A DNA stretch of 64,000 nt from an uncultured Planctomycetota bacterium (GTDB lineage: Bacteria; Planctomycetota; Planctomycetia; Isosphaerales; Isosphaeraceae): the NCBI GenBank assembly GCA_963845755.1, contig CAWJTV010000034.1:608001-672000 (forward strand). The letters are read 5' to 3'. Of this stretch, positions 57,475-64,000 are shown piece after piece. Every line of letters begins with the position of its first letter. The stretch's first letter is position 1. The position numbers and the translations under genes were made by a program. The notes under the pieces were generated by a model. That model searched no databases, had not been told where the DNA came from, and saw nothing but the letters and a program-made list of their open reading frames with translations.

Positions 57475-58118
57475 GCCTCTCCTTCCGTTGCACGCGGTGT
57501 GGCAAGGCTTACTCCGTGGCCAGCCAACCTGCCGGCCGGAAGGCACGGTGCCACGAATGCGAACTGGTCCAGAACATCCCGGTGCTCACCGAGCCCTCGA
57601 CGGACTCCCCATTCGAACGGGGCGACAATGTTTACTCGCTTGCCGCCGTGTCGCCCACGACGCCCGCGATGCCGGAGTCGGCCCTCAGCGTTTCCTCTAT
57701 CGAAGACCGCCCGGGATCAACCGGGGCGGTGGCGGCTCAACGGCCCCCCGCCGGCCGTTGGCGACGAGTGCTGCGCGACTTCGCGGTCGAATCGAGCTTC
57801 CTCGAACAGGAGATCCTCCTGCTGGTCGCACTGAGCGCGGCCGACCTTCTCGTAACCTATGCCCTGCTCCGGCAAGGTCCCTCGTTCTACGAGGCTAACC
57901 CGTTCGCCCAATGGGTCTTTCAGCGCTGGAACATCGCCGGGATGACGCTGTTCAAGTTCGGAGTGATCGGCGGCGTCATCGTCATCGGCGAGGTGGCCGA
58001 GCGCCGGCGTCCCGGGCTGGGACGCGCCCTGATGGCTGTGAGCTGCGTGGCCACGGCGGCCGTCGTCGCCTATGGCCTGCGGCTACTGCTGGGATTCGGA
58101 GGTCACGTCGGGACGTGA
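57471..58118 (+). CDS. Zinc-ribbon plus DUF5658-like membrane protein
   Basis: FRCTRCGK...CHEC; DLLVTYALL...YEANPFA...FK. Confidence 0.75.
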   Translation: MSLSFRCTRCGKAYSVASQPAGRKARCHECELVQNIPVLTEPSTDSPFERGDNVYSLAAVSPTTPAMPESALSVSSIEDRPGSTGAVAAQRPPAGRWRRVLRDFAVESSFLEQEILLLVALSAADLLVTYALLRQGPSFYEANPFAQWVFQRWNIAGMTLFKFGVIGGVIVIGEVAERRRPGLGRALMAVSCVATAAVVAYGLRLLLGFGGHVGT

Positions 58119-58200
58119 TTTCGTATGCATGAGATCTCTGTGATGAGGCTATTGCTGCGTTAGGCGCAAGCACTCATCTTAGCCATGGGCCATCCCGTCT

Positions 58201-59883
58201 TCAGACCGACACCAAGTCCTGTCCCTGTCCGTCGACCAGCGAGAGTAGGAGCGAGCGGTTCTTGTCGCGGGACTCGCCGATGGCGGTGACATACACGGCC
58301 GGGTCGTCCTTGACGGGGCATTCGTGTTCGCAGATGCCGCAGCCGATGCACTTGTCCGCGTCGATGTACGGCTGCTTGAGCTCGATGGTGGCGCCCCAGC
58401 GATTGATGGTCTCGACATTGCGGGTGAAGATCGCCTTGGGGCTGACCGGGCAGACCTCCTCGCAGACCACGCAACTGGTGTCCATCGCCCAGGGGAGGCA
58501 GCGGCCTCGATTGTAGAACGCCGTCCCGGTCTTGATCGGCCCCTTGCCTTCGAACGGACCGTTGCCGAGCTTCTCGGCGATCGAGATCTCCCGGATGGCG
58601 CCGGTCGGGCAGACCTGACTGCACAGCGTGCAGTTCAGCTCGCACCAGCCCATCTTCGAGATCATGATCGGGGTCCAGAGGCCCTCCAGGCCGGCCTCGA
58701 ACAGCGCGGGCTGGAGGACGTTGGTCGGGCAGACGCGGATACACTGGTCGCACTTGATGCAGCGGCGGAGGAACTCATCCTCGGCGACCGAGCCGGGAGG
58801 CCGGATCACGGCGCGGTTGAAGTTCTTGCGCACCCCGCCCGAGAGCCGGGCCATCGGGAAGAACAGCAACCCGAAAAGGCCCGCGAGCACCAGTTGGCGA
58901 CGGCCGACGGCCGGATATGGCACCTCGCTGGCCTTGCGGGGCAGGAACCGGAACGACAGGGCGTCGTGCGGGCAGTCCTCGATGCAGTTGAGGCAGACGA
59001 AGCACTCGCTCTTGCGCAGGTCACCCTGCGGGTCGGACGCCCCTTCGCAGCTCTTGAGGCAGAGGTCGCAGTCGGTACAGCGCACCGGGTCGCGGTCGAT
59101 CCGCCAGAGCGCGAACCGGCTGAAGATCCCCAGCAACGCTCCCAGCGGGCAGATCGCGCGGCAGAAGAACCGCGGGATCCACCAATTGGCTACGAGGAAG
59201 CCGATGAAGATCAGCCCGACGATCCAGGCCTGCCAGTATTCGCGGGGCTCGGTGTAGATGCTCTCGGTCACGTTGTGCACCGTCGGTAGGACGCTCGTCG
59301 TCATCGAGCGGACCGTCAGCGCAATCGGGTCCAGCAGGCCGATCTGGAGCGAGCTGTTGCCCCGCTTGTGCTCCTCGGCGGCGCGGGAGATACCCGTCTC
59401 GATCGCGGCGAAGACGCGCGACACCCCGGTCTGTCGCAATTCTACCCCGCGGTAGGCGTGCCAGATCTCGCCCGGCGCGGCGAGGGTCGTCGGGATGATC
59501 CAGAGGGCCGCCATCGCGATCATTACCGCCAGAATATAATATTTGAGTGCGTAGATTTTACGATAGCGGTTGACCTCGATCATCTGCTTGGTATTGCGCC
59601 GGTTGCCGATCCAGCCGAAGAAGTGGTGCAGGATGCCGAACGGGCACATCCAGTTGCACCAGACCCGGCCCAGCATCATGGTCACCGCGATGATCACCAG
59701 GCCCCAGACCAGGTTGCGGTAGATCGTATGAGTCGTCAGCGCCGTGGCGACGGCCACCAAGGGAGTGGCTTCCAGGAACAACGACACCGGCCATCCCTTG
59801 AGGTACCGCAGGTCGGTGATCACGAGGAAAAACAGGAAGAGTCCCAGGAACAGCGCTTCATATACGCGGCGGATCTTAACCAT
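58201..59883 (-). CDS. Membrane 4Fe-4S binding protein (NapH/MauN plus NapG/MauM-like fusion)
   Basis: GRVWCNWMCPFG, RFFCRAICPLG, IRPPGS, several CxxCxxCxxxCP motifs. Confidence 0.9.
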   Translation of the reverse strand: MVKIRRVYEALFLGLFLFFLVITDLRYLKGWPVSLFLEATPLVAVATALTTHTIYRNLVWGLVIIAVTMMLGRVWCNWMCPFGILHHFFGWIGNRRNTKQMIEVNRYRKIYALKYYILAVMIAMAALWIIPTTLAAPGEIWHAYRGVELRQTGVSRVFAAIETGISRAAEEHKRGNSSLQIGLLDPIALTVRSMTTSVLPTVHNVTESIYTEPREYWQAWIVGLIFIGFLVANWWIPRFFCRAICPLGALLGIFSRFALWRIDRDPVRCTDCDLCLKSCEGASDPQGDLRKSECFVCLNCIEDCPHDALSFRFLPRKASEVPYPAVGRRQLVLAGLFGLLFFPMARLSGGVRKNFNRAVIRPPGSVAEDEFLRRCIKCDQCIRVCPTNVLQPALFEAGLEGLWTPIMISKMGWCELNCTLCSQVCPTGAIREISIAEKLGNGPFEGKGPIKTGTAFYNRGRCLPWAMDTSCVVCEEVCPVSPKAIFTRNVETINRWGATIELKQPYIDADKCIGCGICEHECPVKDDPAVYVTAIGESRDKNRSLLLSLVDGQGQDLVSV

Positions 59884-59970
59884 TGGTCCCTCCGGCGGGG
59901 GGCGTTGAAATTCGGCTGGGCGGCAGGCTGATCATGTACTCGAGGGTCTTAAGATCATAATCGTGAACTA

Positions 59971-60633
59971 TTAGTGTCCAACACGTCGAGTCGCGTTCGA
60001 TCGATCGAACAGGATCCGCTTCAGGTCGAGCACAAATCCCGGCAGGACGTCCTCGCCGGAGAGGGTCGTCGGCTTGTCGAGTTTTTCGACGGGACGGCCG
60101 GGTCGATAGATTTCGACGGTTCGGCCCCTGGGATCGATGAGCCAGCCGAGCCGGATACCCTGGGCGACGTACTCATCCATCTTTTCCTTCAGTTTGCTCA
60201 TGTCATCGCTCTTTGACCTCAGCTCAACGACGAAATCGGGGCAGATGTGCGCAAACTTTTCTCGTTCAACCTTGGGCAGGGCGTCCCAGCGTTCTTTGGT
60301 CATCCAGGAGGCGTCGGGTCCGCGGATCGCCGTGTTGGGGAGCGTAAAGCCTACGGATGAATCGAAGACGGTTCCCAGTCCCGAGTGCTGGTTCCAGTGC
60401 CAGAGCTGCCCAGTGAGGCTCGTGTTCCGTTGGCTGCTGTCCGGTCCGGCCGGTGGCATGACGATCAGCTCTCCGTTCGCCTTTCGTTCCAGCCACAGAT
60501 TGGGATTGGCCTGGCAGAGCCGCCAGAAGGCGCGATCGGAAACGCGCAAACCCTTCGGGACGACGAGCGGTATCGTCGCTTGCCGCCTGCGGCTGGTCCC
60601 TCGCGCTTCTGGATCCCGCACCGACTGGCTCAT
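59971..60633 (-). CDS. Uma2-family endonuclease
   Basis: ERKANGELIVMPP, FDSSVGFTLP, PDASW, CPDFVVELRS, KMDEY...LGWLIDP, GEDVLPGFVLDL. Confidence 0.92.
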   Translation of the reverse strand: MSQSVRDPEARGTSRRRQATIPLVVPKGLRVSDRAFWRLCQANPNLWLERKANGELIVMPPAGPDSSQRNTSLTGQLWHWNQHSGLGTVFDSSVGFTLPNTAIRGPDASWMTKERWDALPKVEREKFAHICPDFVVELRSKSDDMSKLKEKMDEYVAQGIRLGWLIDPRGRTVEIYRPGRPVEKLDKPTTLSGEDVLPGFVLDLKRILFDRSNATRRVGH

Positions 60634-61728
60634 ACCGTGATCTCCTGCGTCCAGTTGGGCCGCCAGTCCAGGCCGAGTCCGCGCTTGATCACCTTGTCGA
60701 GGTAGATGATCTGGTCGCGGGGCTTCTCCAGCAGCTTGGTGACGCACCAGCTATCGACCGACGTATGATCGGTGCCGATGACCATCGTGTCGCCCCGCTT
60801 GACGTCGTTGAGGCTGCCGCCGGTCGGCCCGTTGCGCATCAGGAGCTTCCGGCCGTCGGCGATGACCAGCGTGGGTTTCATCATCAGCGCGAAGTCGGAG
60901 ATGATCCCGTGGATGTTCTGGTGGAACTGGTTGCGGGGGTTGCCCAGCAGTCCGTACCAGTTCTTCATCGTGACGGTCGCCTTGCAGAGGTTGTGGTCCT
61001 TGACCGGCGAGATGCCGATGACCTTGGTCGCCTCGCGGAACGGGCGGTAGAACATCCGCCACGTGTTGGTGATCGTCTCGCCGCCGACGTAGAGCGTCTC
61101 GAAATAACTGTCCTTGGGCAGCATCAACTCGGCCGGCGCGGACGGCCGCCTCGCCGACCTTGGTCTTGTAGAAGCAGCTCTCGGGATTATTGATCGGGTT
61201 ATCCGCGACGATGACCTTCCGTGCCCCGGCGCCGAAACAGAGGCGGGTCACCGCGGCGACGGTGTCGGGCTGGGTCGTGGCGGCGAGATCAGGGTTTTTA
61301 TCGAAGGCGACGTTCGGCTTGATGACGACCACGTCGCCTTTTTCGATGAAGTGGCCGACGCCGCCCATCGTGTCGAGAGCCGCCTTGACCATCGAGAAGG
61401 CTTGTGCCTCGCGGGCCTTCAGCTCTTCCTCCTTGGACGTGTGGTCCTCGGCGCGGACTGGCTGGGAGCGGACCACGACCAGGCTGGGCCGACCGACTGG
61501 CAGCGTGACCGAGTAGTTCTTCAGCCGCACCGGCGGCGGCGGCTTGACTCCTTCCATCCCCCAACGGTCGCGGAGCAACAGGCCCGCTCCGACCGCACCG
61601 CCGGTTACCAGCGCAAAACCGCCAACTTGCGCGGCGAATTGACGGCGGGAGAAGCGCTCATCCGCCGGGTTCACCCCGCCGAACCTCTCCAGGTTCTTCT
61701 GCTGAGTCCGGGTCAGTTTATCGGCCAT
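60630..61728 (-). CDS. DUF362-domain protein (frameshift near 61130)
   Basis: FSRRQF Tat-like motif; GDVVVIKPNVAFD, TTQPD, KDHNLC..TVTMKNWYG, GPTGG. Confidence 0.88.
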
Positions 61729-61783
61729 CGTGGACCTCGGTTCGGGATAGAGGAAGTTTGCGGCTTTCTTGACCGGGGCGGCC

Positions 61784-63513
61784 TCACTTACTGCTTCCGA
61801 TCGCGGCGACGGTCGCCGGCAGACTTTTTGCCAGGGCGCGAGCGAAGGATTCGGCCGGCCCGGCACTCGTGCCACCGTTGGCACCAGCGAGGGTGTTCCC
61901 CTTGCGGAAGACAACGTTGACCAGGCCGATATTGTTGCTGATGACCATCTCGTCGGCGCCGTCCGACGAGATCATCTTCACCTCGGCGCCATCTTTCTTG
62001 ACGCCGGCGAGGTATTTCTCGAACATCGCCTTGGCTTCCTCGGCGTCGCGATAGGGCCGGAGGAAACCCTGCCAGGAGACATCTCCATCCTTGTAATCCG
62101 CCATAAAGACGTCGGAGAGGAAGCTATACCCGAAGACGTCCTGGGCGACGTACTTGGGTTCTCCCTCCCGCTTCGGAACGGGCAGGAGAGCGAAGAGGGT
62201 GGCGGGAGTGACCTCGGCGGCGGCCTTTGTCGCCGTGGCGGGGACTTCGCTAGCGGGCTTGCGGCGGTCCCGGTCGGAGCCGTCGTACCGGCCGGAGTCG
62301 TCGCGAACGCCTGGGAGCCTGATGGTGCGGCACCGCCGGGCTTCTGGCGGTCAGCGACTCGCCTGGCCACTTCCATCCCGAAGGCGGCGAACTTGGGGTC
62401 GTCCTGCGTCGAGACGATCTGAGTGTAATACTTCCCCGCGTAGAACAGCGTACTGCCGGCGGAGGTATATCCCTGATCGCCGATCGCGGCGGATTTGGCC
62501 TCGTCGGGCTTCTCCGATCCGTACTTGCCGAGGGCCTTGAGCGCGTCGGGCATCTCGAAGATGTAGAGCTGAATCTCGTTCGACGGGTCGCCGGTCGGGT
62601 GATAGAAGGCGTACGCCATCCCCTTGACGCCATACTGGAGGAAGCTCTCGGCGCGACCGTCGATCTTCTCGTAGAGGTTCTCGGCGTTGAAGGACTCGAT
62701 GTAATGCTCGCCCGACTTGCCGACGGTCCACTCCGCCGGCAGACCCGAGAGCGGCAGCATGGCGGCGATCGTGCGCTGGGGTTCGGGTACGGCGGCTAGC
62801 TCCGCCTCGACTTCCGCCGGACTCAACCCATGCCCCGCTGCCGGGGGCGGGGCCGGGGTGGTTACGGAGGGAGCTGACACCGTTGCGGCCACGACGGCCG
62901 GGCTCACGGCCGGCATGTTTGTAGCGATCGCACGCAGATCGACCGGGGGCGCGGTGTAATCGAGCAGTTGCTGCGGGCCGTCGAGCCCGACGCTCTGCCG
63001 GACCCCGGCCAGTGATTGCAACACGTTCGGGAACCGCTGCGATACCGAAGGGGACGTGCCCGCCACTGCTCGAAGCGCCAGCATCGACTCGTCCAGCTTC
63101 TTGACGTTGTCGACCAGGTGCTTCCGCACGAGTGCCAGCCGCTCCGTCTCCTGCTTGACGGCGGCGTCGGCCTCCCTGAGATCCTGGAACCCTCTGCCTT
63201 GCTCCAGCACGGACCAGGTCTTGTTCGGGTCGAACTCATACCGGTCCTTGTCGAAGGAACGGCTCTTGAGTACCAGCGCCGCGAAGATCGCCGGGATGCT
63301 CATCACGAGCATCATGCCGACCACGATCGACGAGAATTCGGGCCGCTGCAACACCCGCCCTCGACGGGCCTTGAACCAATCGAGGCGGCCCAGGACCGCG
63401 AACGCCAACGGCGTGGTGGCCAGCGCCACCAGCGCCGCCGAGAGCGCCAGAATCAGGAATGGGTCGCTCGTCAACTCGTCACGGTAGTGGGACCAGAGAC
63501 TCGTCAGGCTCAT
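61784..63513 (-). CDS. Membrane-anchored DUF6599-like protein (frameshift near 62240)
   Basis: Two N-terminal TMs; FNAENLYEKIDGRAESFLQYG; continues in the frame of ORF 61784..62104. Confidence 0.7.
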
Positions 63514-64000
63514 CGTGCCCCTCAGTCATCAATCATTTATGTTCGGATTCAGGATGGGGATCGGGTGGGCTCACCAATGACCAGAGTGCGAAGGAGGGAG
63601 AAAAAACCAGATCCGACGCTCGATTCGACCACGTTCAAATCGCGTTCGATACCCATTATAGCGGCACAGGGAAGCCACCAGCAACGAGGCTGCTCTGCAC
63701 TCCCGGATACATGATTCATCATGCGAGGATGATGCCACGCGCCCGAGGGACTTGGGGAATCCTGTCGGGCCCAAATCAGCCCGACTGAGATATCGGCGTC
63801 AACGGACCATGGAATGGCCGGGGCCTCGTCAGTAACCGTGCGATCCTGGAATACCGTCAAACCGACCTGACCGGCATCGCCAACAGAATCAATGTAATCC
63901 GGAGAATTAATGTAATCCTGGGATCCATTAGCCCTGATACTCCGGGGATTCTCAGCGTAATCCCTGCAACCGGCCATCCGGAATATTTTCCCCAATCCTC

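Noticed and set aside
63549..64000. ORF 63549..63995
   Set aside because: No recognisable similarity and truncated context at the window edge

Overview
GC-rich bacterial DNA, almost certainly a planctomycete (probably Isosphaeraceae-like), judged from the DUF1501/DUF1549/DUF1553 genes, a giant LEPR-xLL-type surface protein and PEP-CTERM proteins. About 18 otherwise intact genes carry single-base frameshifts, most likely assembly indels, so many calls join two or three ORFs. The background is housekeeping and accessory genes: tex, an ABC exporter, a quinone oxidoreductase, a PPTase, an MFS transporter, a TolB-like protein, a multiheme cytochrome, ArsR/SRPBCC and a DUF6599-DUF362-4Fe4S operon. 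Two regions stand out. (1) 27.9-34.0 kb: a REP-associated tyrosine (HUH/Y1, RAYT) transposase sits beside four co-oriented, mutually unrelated PEP-CTERM genes. These are separated by clusters of a GTCCCC(G/C)TTTT motif that points inward toward the genes, an integron-like cassette arrangement possibly built by the HUH enzyme. (2) 20.3-24.8 kb: a cluster of choline/ethanolamine kinase, eukaryote-type phosphoethanolamine N-methyltransferase, APC permease and phosphatidylcholine synthase. Three complete IS elements have readable inverted repeats and target duplications; one splits a PEP-CTERM gene and one sits in the loop of a REP-like hairpin.
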